From Candidatus Promineifilaceae bacterium (GTDB lineage Bacteria; Chloroflexota; Anaerolineae; Promineifilales; Promineifilaceae): a stretch of 64,000 bases of DNA. Location: the NCBI GenBank assembly GCA_049614105.1, contig JBMZDF010000001.1, forward strand, positions 24,338-88,337, given 5' to 3'. Made by a program: the position numbers and the translations under genes. The notes beneath the pieces are model-generated. The model was not told where the DNA came from. It saw only the letters and a program-made list of their open reading frames with translations, and did not search any database. This document shows, piece after piece, positions 8,397 to 16,760 of the stretch. How positions within the stretch are numbered: position 1 is the first letter of the stretch; the number at the start of each line of letters is the position of its first letter.

Positions 8397-9500
8397 ATGG
8401 CACCTGTTGACAGTTCCCACAATCCCGCAGAGCAATCTGCTAGATTACAATTGCTCACCACAGCAAATGCACCATTGCATCTGTTGCGTGAGCCGTTTGC
8501 GCGAACCGAGACAGAAACACCGCCACCCCCTCCCCAACCAACATTTGAAGAAAAGCCGTCTGAATCTGATCCTGTTCCCCAACCGCCCCCAATCTTTGCC
8601 CCCAACTTCACCCTGTACACCAATGTAGCGCACGCTATTCTCAGGCACGAAGTGGCAGCGGCCGCCCGCGTTTGGCTGCTTTTGCGCTGCCTAGACCACG
8701 ACCGTTGTGGTTGGATCACAGTCGAGGAAGCACGCTATCACTTGACGAGCAAACAATCGCCGCACCGCGTTTTCGGGTGGCGACAGCTCCGCAACTTATT
8801 GAAAGCGGGTCAGGACACATTCTGGCAACGGGATAAACAACGCATCTGGCTGCGTTCAACGGCCAAAGTGGCTAAGAAACTGGAGGTTTCACGACTTCAT
8901 AAACAACCGATCGTCATTCCCACAAATATTTTATTTGGAAAAATCCAAGGAGTACGCGCCCAACTATTTGCGCTGATGCACCACGGTCGCGATGATCGCC
9001 CGATCAGCCGCGCCAAACTACAAGATATCACAAGCGTCAATGAACGCACCCAACGCCGCTATGATCATGCGGCGAAGATTAAAAAGAAAGCCAGCTATTG
9101 TATAGAGCTAGCTAGCAAAAAGTCGCAAGATGCGGCTTGGCATCATCGACATGCCGCATTCGACTTTACGGACAGGAAAGGCGAACACGGGGAAGCAGGT
9201 ACAAAATATTATGCTTACCAACTGCCTAACAGTTATTCAGTCAATTATCTGAGCGCCGCTAAAGGGCGCACACACAAAATCAACCAACAATTACGAGAAG
9301 ACCTTGTGAATAATAGGGCGCAGGGGAACAATCGTGATGAGGGTGAAAATGTGTGTGCGGTTGAGCGTGTTGAAGATCGGCCGAATTTCACACAACTGTT
9401 CTTCGAGGGTGGAAAAAAAGCTAGCAGAGCAAGAGGAGAACGTTATCTGAAAATAACGGATAAATCACGCCACTCTTTTTGGGTCCACATGACAGATTAA
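8397..9500 (+). CDS. Hypothetical protein with a Pro-rich N-terminus, a possible replication-initiator-like DNA-binding protein
   Basis: The ORF is 367 aa and matches no family I recognise. The Rep-like suggestion rests only on its position directly upstream of the iteron-like tandem repeats and on segments that look like a winged helix (ISRAKLQDITSVNERTQRRYDHAAK). Confidence 0.35.
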   Translation: MAPVDSSHNPAEQSARLQLLTTANAPLHLLREPFARTETETPPPPPQPTFEEKPSESDPVPQPPPIFAPNFTLYTNVAHAILRHEVAAAARVWLLLRCLDHDRCGWITVEEARYHLTSKQSPHRVFGWRQLRNLLKAGQDTFWQRDKQRIWLRSTAKVAKKLEVSRLHKQPIVIPTNILFGKIQGVRAQLFALMHHGRDDRPISRAKLQDITSVNERTQRRYDHAAKIKKKASYCIELASKKSQDAAWHHRHAAFDFTDRKGEHGEAGTKYYAYQLPNSYSVNYLSAAKGRTHKINQQLREDLVNNRAQGNNRDEGENVCAVERVEDRPNFTQLFFEGGKKASRARGERYLKITDKSRHSFWVHMTD

Positions 9501-9595
9501 AGCGATCTGACCTTCACAGGCTTGGAAACGTTTGTCCGTCCTTTATTAGGGTGTTTTATATCTTTTTAAATATTTATGATCTTGTGTTTGATCTA

Positions 9596-9896
9596 ACCTA
9601 GGATCAATATTGACTCAGTGATAGTTAAGAGTTGACTTAGGTGATAACTAATTTCTTAGTAAACTAGTTTTAGACCTAGGATCAATATTGACTCAGAGAT
9701 AATTAAGAGTTGACTTGGGTGATAGCTAATTTTTGAGTAAACTGGCTTTAGGCCTTGGAGCAATATTGACTCAGTGGTGGTTAGGTTTTGGTTTAGCAAT
9801 AGCTAATTTTTGGGTAAACTGGCTTTAGGCCTTGGAGCAATATTGACTCAGTGGCGGTTAGGTTTTGGTTTAGCAGCAGCTTTTGGGTAGACAGAC
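9596..9896. repeat. Four tandem ~78-bp repeats (the last partial) with internal TTGACTYAG-GTGATA sub-repeats spaced 22 bp apart, iteron-like
   Basis: The units span 9596-9673, 9674-9751, 9752-9828 and 9829-~9896. All share caatattgactcag. Sub-repeats lie at 9610/9632 and 9688/9710. Confidence 0.85.
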
Positions 9897-10013
9897 TTTT
9901 CGCCGTTATCGTAACGAGACCTGTTACGGTGACTTCGGCCGAAACTATGATCCTAAGACCCTAGGCAAATAAAATGAACATGGTAACTTTCAAGATCACA
10001 AATCAACATAATT

Positions 10014-12230
10014 ATGCTGCTTCGTCATCCAACATCATCCATCAGCCTACGTTCTCTCACCAAGTCGCTACAGCAGCGCACGCCCATCAGCCGATCGACG
10101 CACACGCTATCTGAGCAACTGACACAAAATGCACCGCACAAGCCAAACCGACCTATCAGCCCAGCAACCAATCGGCAGTCGTTGGCACAAAGGCTAAACA
10201 GCTCTCAGCCACAAAAGAGCGTTGCCACACCCCGAACGATCGAGCAGGTTCGGCAGCATTACACAAACATCATTCGGTCCGTTCTCCAGATGAACGAAGC
10301 ACGTGACCAACAGTTACGCGCAATTTCCGAAGACATACCAGCCATCAGCGCGGCCGAAGCTGAACTCAACCGCAAAAGTCGCCTTTTCCTCACCTCCTTT
10401 GGCACTGCAAGCGTCGCCACACTCATCAGCCCTCAATTGGCTATTCTGGGATTACCAGCTTGTTTGTACATTCTCAAAGACGTTTACAAAGGCAGTTACG
10501 AGGCGTTATTCAAACAGAATGAGCTAACAATCGACACATTGGTTGCGCTGCTCGTTACGCTTTTCATCGCTAGCGGTTCCTACCTACTTTGCAACCTCTA
10601 CCTCGTTTTATTTCTCTCCAATCGCAAACTACTGTTCAAACTCAAAAATCAATCGAGCAACAATATTGTTGATGTTTTTAAGCAACAGCCACGTACCGTC
10701 TGGCTTTTAGCCGATGGTGCGGAAACAAAAATCGCGTTTGATCAGCTTAAACTAGGTGACAAGGTTGTGGTACATGCGGGTGAAACAATTCCCGTTGACG
10801 GCACGATTGTGACGGGCGTTGCCACAATTGATCAGCAGTTGCTGACAGGTGAGTCACAACCTGTTGAGCGCGAAGCTGACGACAAAGTATTCGCGATGAC
10901 CGTTGTGCTGTCGGGGCGCGTTGTGCTGCGTGTTGACAAGGCTGGCACAGAAACGACAGTTGCCCAAATTGGTCAAATTCTGAACCAGACCGTTGACGCT
11001 AAAACAGATATGCAGCTTTGGGCAGAACGCATCACGGATAAAACGGTGCTGCCTACCGTTGTACTAGCCGGGCTGGCATTACCGTTCGCGGGATCGCTGA
11101 GCGCCATGATTGTTTTGAATTCCCATTTTCGCTATCGGCTGAATATTATTACAGCCACCAGCGTGCTTAATTTTCTTAATTTGGCGTCGCAGCAAGGGAT
11201 ATTAATCAAAGATGGGCGGTCGCTAGAAGTACTTAATCAGGTAGATACGGTTGTGTTTGATAAAACAGGGACGCTGACGCTGGAGCAGCCCCATATCGGC
11301 CGAATTTACACCAACCCCACACACAACGAAGAAACTATCCTGCAATACGCAGCAATCGCTGAATACAAACAAACCCACCCTATCGCCAAAGCGATTCTTG
11401 ATGCGGCAGCGGCTCGCAACTTAGAACTGCCCAAAATTGATCAGGCTGAATACAAAATCGGCTACGGTGTTATCGTTACCTTGGGCAACCGTACCATCCG
11501 CGTTGGCAGCACGCGCTTTATGCAAATGGAAGCGTGCGCCATCGACGCCACAATTGAAGCGGCACAGACGCATTGTCAATCGCAAGGACATTCCCTTGTG
11601 CTGGTTGCTGTTGATGACAAGGTGATCGGCGCAATTGAACTACACGCGACTATCCGCCCCGAAGTGGATACCATCATCGAAAAATTGCGGGCGCGGTTTG
11701 GGGAGTCACTCTATATTATTTCGGGCGATCAGGAAATGGCGACCCGCAAACTGGCTCACGATGTCGGCATTCACAACTACTTTGCCGAAACGCTGCCTGA
11801 AAACAAATCTGAACTGATTGGACAATTACAGGCGTCTGGCAAATCGGTTTGTTACATTGGAGATGGGATCAACGATTCAATCGCGCTCAAGAAAGCGGAG
11901 ATTTCAGTCTCGCTGCGCGGTGCCTCCAGCGTCGCCATTGATAGTGCTGATATTGTTTTGATGGACGGAACCTTAAACCAATTGGAAACGCTATTCACAC
12001 TTGCCGAATCGTTTGAGAACAATTTGAAATGGACATTTCGAGGCATCGTCGCCCCTTGTTTACTCAATTTGGGCGGGTTGCTGCTGCCGCAATTCACGCT
12101 CATGCACTCTATGGCGTTGAGCGGTGTCAGCGTCGCGGCAGGATTTGGCAGCGCGATGCAACCGTTATTGAGTCATCACGCAGCCCAAGTTGCGTCAATT
12201 GCTGCTCATCACAACGGCAGCACCGCATAG
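10014..12230 (+). CDS. P-type ATPase related to the P1B heavy-metal class, lacking the CPx membrane motif and of unknown substrate
   Basis: The motifs LTGESQP, FDKTGTLT, ISGDQEMATRKLAHDVGI and GDGINDSIAL are present. The TM6-equivalent reads LNSHFRYRLNIITATSVLNFLNLAS instead of CPC. The N-terminal ~100 aa are low complexity, so the start is uncertain. Confidence 0.8.
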   Translation: MLLRHPTSSISLRSLTKSLQQRTPISRSTHTLSEQLTQNAPHKPNRPISPATNRQSLAQRLNSSQPQKSVATPRTIEQVRQHYTNIIRSVLQMNEARDQQLRAISEDIPAISAAEAELNRKSRLFLTSFGTASVATLISPQLAILGLPACLYILKDVYKGSYEALFKQNELTIDTLVALLVTLFIASGSYLLCNLYLVLFLSNRKLLFKLKNQSSNNIVDVFKQQPRTVWLLADGAETKIAFDQLKLGDKVVVHAGETIPVDGTIVTGVATIDQQLLTGESQPVEREADDKVFAMTVVLSGRVVLRVDKAGTETTVAQIGQILNQTVDAKTDMQLWAERITDKTVLPTVVLAGLALPFAGSLSAMIVLNSHFRYRLNIITATSVLNFLNLASQQGILIKDGRSLEVLNQVDTVVFDKTGTLTLEQPHIGRIYTNPTHNEETILQYAAIAEYKQTHPIAKAILDAAAARNLELPKIDQAEYKIGYGVIVTLGNRTIRVGSTRFMQMEACAIDATIEAAQTHCQSQGHSLVLVAVDDKVIGAIELHATIRPEVDTIIEKLRARFGESLYIISGDQEMATRKLAHDVGIHNYFAETLPENKSELIGQLQASGKSVCYIGDGINDSIALKKAEISVSLRGASSVAIDSADIVLMDGTLNQLETLFTLAESFENNLKWTFRGIVAPCLLNLGGLLLPQFTLMHSMALSGVSVAAGFGSAMQPLLSHHAAQVASIAAHHNGSTA

Positions 12231-12242
12231 AAACGGGACAAT

Positions 12243-13088
12243 TTGTTTGTGAAAACTTTAACTTTAGTCAACGCGTTGGTTGGTCGGGATATCGGCCGAA
12301 AACGATCCCCATTCAAAAAACGCCTCCCTCGTTTCAGGCGCAAAGCACACCGCAGCAGTTTCGCAAGCGCCATCGCCCCAACGCAAAAACAGGTTAAACA
12401 GGCGGCAATTATTGGTGGGGGGAGTGCTTTGGTTGCAGCAGGTCTTTACCTGACAACAGCTCACAGTTTGACACCAATTATTGTTGTCAACCGTTTTGCC
12501 TCAGTTATTATCACGTCTCGCTTTGGCCCACTTATTTATATTGCTGGGACAGTCATATTGCCCCTCGTATTTTTCCCACAAACGTTTATGACAATTGCAG
12601 GGGGCGTACTTTACGGCGTTTGGTATGGAACGCTGTTGGCGACAGGTGCTCAGGCGATTGGTGCATGGATCGGTCACATGGTCGGGCAACAAATTGGAGA
12701 TCAAACCCCGTTTGGTCAAAAAATGCGGCAACATATAGATCCTTATCTTGACCGTTTGCATAGCAACCAGCTTGAAACAGTGATGCTGACGCGCCTAATC
12801 TACTTGCCACATGAAGTGATTACCTACGCTTGTGGGATTCTAGGGGTTGATACTCGGCCATTTCTGATTGGCACGATCTTAGGCACGTTGCCCAGCACTG
12901 TTTTTCTTGTTCACGTGGGTGCTGCGATCACGGGCAGCGTGATTACAGGTGCGATTCATATCAACCCCGTTGGGCTTGCTCTGAGCGGTGGGGCGGCCAT
13001 CATCAGCGGATTGACCGCAATATACATCCGAAATCAAGCCGACCGTTCACCAAAAAACGTAATTGTTGATATGGCTCCACATCATTAG
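12243..13088 (+). CDS. DedA/TVP38-TMEM64 family membrane protein
   Basis: FFPQTFMTIAGGVLYGVWYGTLLATGAQAIGAWIGHMVG is typical of the TVP38/DedA core. The protein is polytopic. The start is non-ATG and uncertain. Confidence 0.65.
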   Translation: MFVKTLTLVNALVGRDIGRKRSPFKKRLPRFRRKAHRSSFASAIAPTQKQVKQAAIIGGGSALVAAGLYLTTAHSLTPIIVVNRFASVIITSRFGPLIYIAGTVILPLVFFPQTFMTIAGGVLYGVWYGTLLATGAQAIGAWIGHMVGQQIGDQTPFGQKMRQHIDPYLDRLHSNQLETVMLTRLIYLPHEVITYACGILGVDTRPFLIGTILGTLPSTVFLVHVGAAITGSVITGAIHINPVGLALSGGAAIISGLTAIYIRNQADRSPKNVIVDMAPHH

Positions 13089-13098
13089 GGTGTCTTTC
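13053..13098. repeat. Left copy of a ~47-bp direct repeat that contains the 3' end of the DedA-like gene
   Basis: aaaacgtaattgttgatatggctccacatcattagggtgtctttcat matches 13398-13445 apart from one substitution and one 1-nt indel. Confidence 0.85.
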
Positions 13099-13397
13099 AT
13101 TTGAGTAAAGAGCGGTGGCTGAGCATGTCGAAGCCTGAGCAACACACCGCTGCGACTTCGACAAGCTCAGTCTACCAGGGCGATTGCATTCCAACTCAAC
13201 TACAAAATTGGTAGGGCTAAATGCCAATAAAGCCCCTTGAAAGCGCCCCTTTTTTCCTTTCTGTATACCTCGTTCCACTGCTCTGCGGTGGAACGCCCCT
13301 CTTGCCGCTCCGCGGCCTCTTCTATGCCAAGAAAAGTCCTCCACAGGCCGCAGAGCGGCAAGAAAAAACACTCCCACGCGGAGCGTAGGAGCGAGTC
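13099..13397. mobile_element. ~300-bp non-coding insert between the direct repeats, rich in hairpins (MITE/REP-like)
   Basis: It is flanked by the 47-bp duplication. It contains the stems CGTTCCAC/GTGGAACG (13271-13295), CTTGCCGCTCcGCGGCC...GGCCGCaGAGCGGCAAG, and interleaved GCGGTG/CACCGC and GTCGAAG/CTTCGAC pairs. It holds no convincing ORF. Confidence 0.4.
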
Positions 13398-13445
13398 AAA
13401 ACGTAATTATTGATATGGCTCCACATCATTAGGGTGTCTTTTCAT
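13398..13445. repeat. Right copy of the ~47-bp direct repeat that contains the 3' end of the minus-strand ABC gene
   Basis: See 13053-13098. The minus-strand stop codon at 13429-13431 lies inside this copy. Confidence 0.85.
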
Positions 13446-16167
13446 GCAATGTGCCATTTTCCAGCCGCAGATGCCGCCATTCGGTACTTTCCCAAAGGCC
13501 GCGCCGCACTGCGTCTTCCGCGTCAAGCAGCTTGCGATAAGCCGAGTCAGCCTGTTGCGCCAGCACGTGTGGGGCGGCATCTTCTACTAACTGCCCTTCA
13601 TCAATCACAAATACGCGCTCAAATGTTTGCGTATCGCTCACATCATGGGAGATAAACAAGAGCGTTGCGTCAGACCAATAAGCACGCAGTTTGGCAAGCA
13701 GTGCCTGCCGTTGAGGGCGATCCAGACCGCGAAACGGTTCATCAAGGATAATCAAACGGGCGTCTTTGCGCAGCAACGAGCGACCCAAACGCACGCGCTG
13801 GCCCTCGCCACCTGATACAAGTCCGCCCCCTTCGCCTAATTTTGTTTGCAGTCCATCGGGTAAACGTTCGAGCACATCGTACAGGTCGGCTTGGTCGAGA
13901 ATGGGGTTGAGGTGGCTTGGTTCGGCCGAATTGCCATACAACAAATTATCGATCAGCTCACGATTCCAAATCTGCACCGTCGGATCAACCCATGCCGTTT
14001 CCTGCCGAATGGTGTCTAGTCGCGAACCATGCAGCGGCACACCATCAATCGACACCACACCTTCGCTGGCCCAATACCAGCCCAACAACAGCCCAACCAG
14101 ACTCGACTTCCCTGCTCCCGATGCCCCCACAATGGCGACATGCTCACCCGCTCCAATCGCAACATCAATGCCGCGCAAAATCGCATTGCCACCCGCTTCA
14201 ACATGCACATTCTGCATCTGAATTGCCATGCCGCTTTCCGCTGCCACAGGTGTTTCTGAAATAGGATCTCCGCTCCAGCGGTCAGACTCATTTGGCGCAC
14301 CAAGCGGCTCTAAAATCCGCAGCACGCGGTTGCGAATTTGCGGATATTGCAACGTGACAGCGGCAAGCTGTTGTCCAAGCTGGGGCAGATTGAGCACCCA
14401 ATAAAAAAGCAGCAGGACACCTGACGCGCTGCCGCCGATGGCAAGATAACGCAGCATAATCGCGACCGCGCCAACTGTGCCAACGAGCGCTTGGATGCCT
14501 TGCACCCAAAGCGCAACTTGGTTGTAGCTGCGTCCCGCTTTGACCCATTCAGTGAGCAGCATTTCGTGGGCGGTTTCAATGGCGTTTTCGGCCGAATGTG
14601 CCTTAATCGTCACAAGCCCCAACAGCCCATCTAAATAAAAGCGACTTAGCCCGCCGCTGTGCGCCCGCAAGCGTAAATCATGCTCCTGCAACAACGGCTG
14701 CATCAACAGACTAGGCAACACAGCCGCCACCAGCACAACCAGCACAACCCCAAACATTTGTGGGATCAAAATCGCCACGCCTAGCGTGGTCAGCAACAGT
14801 TGGAACGTCAGCCGCAAAAAGCGAACGCCCAACGATGGGAATTGCCGCACGCTTGCCAGCTCATGCGCCCGCATGCTCATGTCGGAAATTAACCGACTTT
14901 GAAAGTAACGATCGCCCAAATGTGGAATTTTTGACAAAAAGGCGATGCGTAACCGCATATCGAGATGGCGTCCCATCCGCTGCACCGTGTCAGACAGCCA
15001 AAATTCGAGCGCTATCATTAAAATGCCAAAACTTAATACCAACAGCAGCGCATTAGTCCGCTGGGCTTGCAGGGTAAGCAGCGCCCCTGCATCAAGCACG
15101 CCACGCAGCAAAAGTGCTTCCAACGTCACGCCAATTGCGGCCAGCGCGGTGGCTAGCGTCACAACGGAGGGCGCTAACAATCCATCCTCGCGCAGCAGTC
15201 GCCACATTTCCCAAAACGGGTGTGGCTCTGGTTCGGCTAGGGCTTGGGCTAATTCGGCCGATAATTCATCTACTTCCTCATCCTCATCCTCACCCTCCGC
15301 TTCTTCTTCTAACGCCTCATCCAAATCAGACGCCGCCTCCTGCACCCCCGTCACGCTCACCAACACCGCGCCGCGCACCATCACCGTTTCGTCCTCATGC
15401 GCCCCGTTTGCTGGACGCACAAACCAATAGTGTGCTGGGATTTGTTGCCACGCAGTCGCCATCGTACTTGATTCGATTAGCTGTGTTAGCAACGTTGCCG
15501 CTTCATTTCCCGTGCCGATCGCTTCCGCATGTACCAAACTGCTAACCAACCGTGTCGCCGCATCGAGCGTCGCAAGGGGAAACCAGCCGTCATCAGCCAA
15601 AGCGTGTGCTAGCAGTTCATCCCGTTGCGTGGCATCAATATGCAACGCCGTCAAACGGGCCGTCAGCGGATCGGTAAACCCTTCCGTGCCAGCCCATTCG
15701 CGCCATGCAGCGGCCGACATATCAAATTCATGCACATAGAGTTGTTCGAGGAGTTGCGCTTCTGTCAGCCAACGACGCCCAATACTTGGGTCCATCACCT
15801 GCACACGTCCGCCATCAACCCGCCACACCACGATAAAGTGGGTTAGCCCGTTGGGGAGACGTACCACCAAAATTGCGGGCAGCACAGCCGTTTCAGGCAG
15901 CAGCAGGTGATCAACAGGAACCATCACTTCCTGTGCTTCTAGCCCCAATTGGTTTGATACTTCTTCGAGAACTTGGATTGATGTGCCGTCTACGCTTGTC
16001 TGACATGCTTCGCGTAGGCGGCCGAAATGGACGGGAATCCCAAACCCTTCTAGGATCGATTTAAGCGCGGCAGGGCCGCAGTCCATGTTAGAGGTTTGTA
16101 CCGTTTCAGGAACTAACCAATGTTGGCCTGATTCGAGCGGAGGGATCCATGCTTGCCAGAAGGACAT
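13429..16167 (-). CDS. C39-peptidase-domain ABC exporter (PCAT type, peptidase-TMD-NBD)
   Basis: The N-terminal C39 triad context is present (NMDCGPAAL, THFIVVW, VMDPSIG). An acidic insert reads EEAEGEDEDEEVDE. The NBD has Walker A GASGAGKSS, signature LSGGEGQR and Walker B LIILDEP. Confidence 0.85.
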   Translation of the reverse strand: MSFWQAWIPPLESGQHWLVPETVQTSNMDCGPAALKSILEGFGIPVHFGRLREACQTSVDGTSIQVLEEVSNQLGLEAQEVMVPVDHLLLPETAVLPAILVVRLPNGLTHFIVVWRVDGGRVQVMDPSIGRRWLTEAQLLEQLYVHEFDMSAAAWREWAGTEGFTDPLTARLTALHIDATQRDELLAHALADDGWFPLATLDAATRLVSSLVHAEAIGTGNEAATLLTQLIESSTMATAWQQIPAHYWFVRPANGAHEDETVMVRGAVLVSVTGVQEAASDLDEALEEEAEGEDEDEEVDELSAELAQALAEPEPHPFWEMWRLLREDGLLAPSVVTLATALAAIGVTLEALLLRGVLDAGALLTLQAQRTNALLLVLSFGILMIALEFWLSDTVQRMGRHLDMRLRIAFLSKIPHLGDRYFQSRLISDMSMRAHELASVRQFPSLGVRFLRLTFQLLLTTLGVAILIPQMFGVVLVVLVAAVLPSLLMQPLLQEHDLRLRAHSGGLSRFYLDGLLGLVTIKAHSAENAIETAHEMLLTEWVKAGRSYNQVALWVQGIQALVGTVGAVAIMLRYLAIGGSASGVLLLFYWVLNLPQLGQQLAAVTLQYPQIRNRVLRILEPLGAPNESDRWSGDPISETPVAAESGMAIQMQNVHVEAGGNAILRGIDVAIGAGEHVAIVGASGAGKSSLVGLLLGWYWASEGVVSIDGVPLHGSRLDTIRQETAWVDPTVQIWNRELIDNLLYGNSAEPSHLNPILDQADLYDVLERLPDGLQTKLGEGGGLVSGGEGQRVRLGRSLLRKDARLIILDEPFRGLDRPQRQALLAKLRAYWSDATLLFISHDVSDTQTFERVFVIDEGQLVEDAAPHVLAQQADSAYRKLLDAEDAVRRGLWESTEWRHLRLENGTLHEKTP

Positions 16168-16179
16168 GAAAAAATACGA

Positions 16180-16627
16180 TTATTGTTTGGTCAACATATT
16201 CCACAGAAATTGCACGGGGGATACCGTCTCGATTTCAACCGCCACTTCACCTGTCAGCGCCTCACTCAGTTCGACACTATCAGACAACACATCAATATGC
16301 GCCACAACGGAGCCATCAGTATGTGGCACAAAGCGATGCACGTAGGCTGGCAGCACGCGCAAATCATTGCCATCCGCATCTTGCAAATGCAACCGCGCAC
16401 CGACCCCTGTCATAAGCGGTGGCAGCCCGTCGTCAAACTTGGCGGTGATCAGTCCGTCTCGTGTTTGGTCAAGCTGGCCACTGACTTCGTGCAGGGCGAT
16501 GTTACCTGTGGCGAACCAAATAAGCCACGCCACAAACAGCGGCGCAACAAGCAAAAGCCCCAGCAGTCCGTTGTGATAGCTGTCGGCTTCTAACGAGCGC
16601 AGAGATCGGGTGAAAGGTAGAGACATA
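16180..16627 (-). CDS. Short HlyD-like membrane-fusion/adaptor protein
   Basis: The start is taken at MSLPFTRSL. It has one N-terminal TM (LLGLLLVAPLFVAWLIWF) and then a beta-rich region loosely resembling the HlyD C-terminal barrel. The longer track ORF to 16890 overlaps the divergent gene. Confidence 0.45.
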
Positions 16628-16682
16628 GCGCACCTAACATATCGTTTGACCGCCTTTTCAAGTCGCGCCGTTGCATTTTGAC

Positions 16683-16701
16683 CGCAACGGAAATCGTTGC
16701 G
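16683..16701. repeat. CGCAACG-N5-CGTTGCG hairpin, family copy 1
   Basis: The sequence cgcaacg gaaat cgttgcg lies in the divergent intergenic region. Confidence 0.8.
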
Positions 16702-16760
16702 TTTCAATGTGTCAAGTTGGATCGCAAAATGCTGTTGCACGGTACACTTTAGCGGTGACG

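Noticed and set aside
8390-8719. A minus-strand 109-aa ORF and other small ORFs overlapping the 5' part of the Rep-like gene
   Set aside because: They are nested within the longer 367-aa ORF in a Pro-rich, GC-biased segment that generates open frames on both strands. They have no independent signals.
6043-9376. Gaps of 2-4 kb without the TCGGCCGA palindrome (also 18280-22128, 40278-43642 and 58431-61113), considered as evidence of recent horizontal acquisition
   Set aside because: With a mean spacing of about 1 kb and about 60 intervals, a few gaps of this size are expected by chance. They are suggestive for the HTH array and the par region but not statistically supportable from this window alone.
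9596-9896. Tandem repeats considered as a CRISPR array
   Set aside because: The units are ~78 bp and contiguous with no unique spacers, the whole unit is repeated, and no cas genes are present in the window.
13003-13377. A 124-aa minus-strand ORF inside the 300-bp insert
   Set aside because: It spans hairpin-rich repeat DNA and overlaps the DedA gene end. Its Arg/Gly/Ala-rich translation is typical of a spurious frame.
13410-16167. Many 60-160-aa plus-strand ORFs inside the C39-ABC gene, with similar nested ORFs inside the lanM, ABC and SARP genes
   Set aside because: They are fully nested antisense or off-frame ORFs with biased Pro/Arg/Ser composition and no start signals. The long ORFs carry complete, ordered catalytic motifs.
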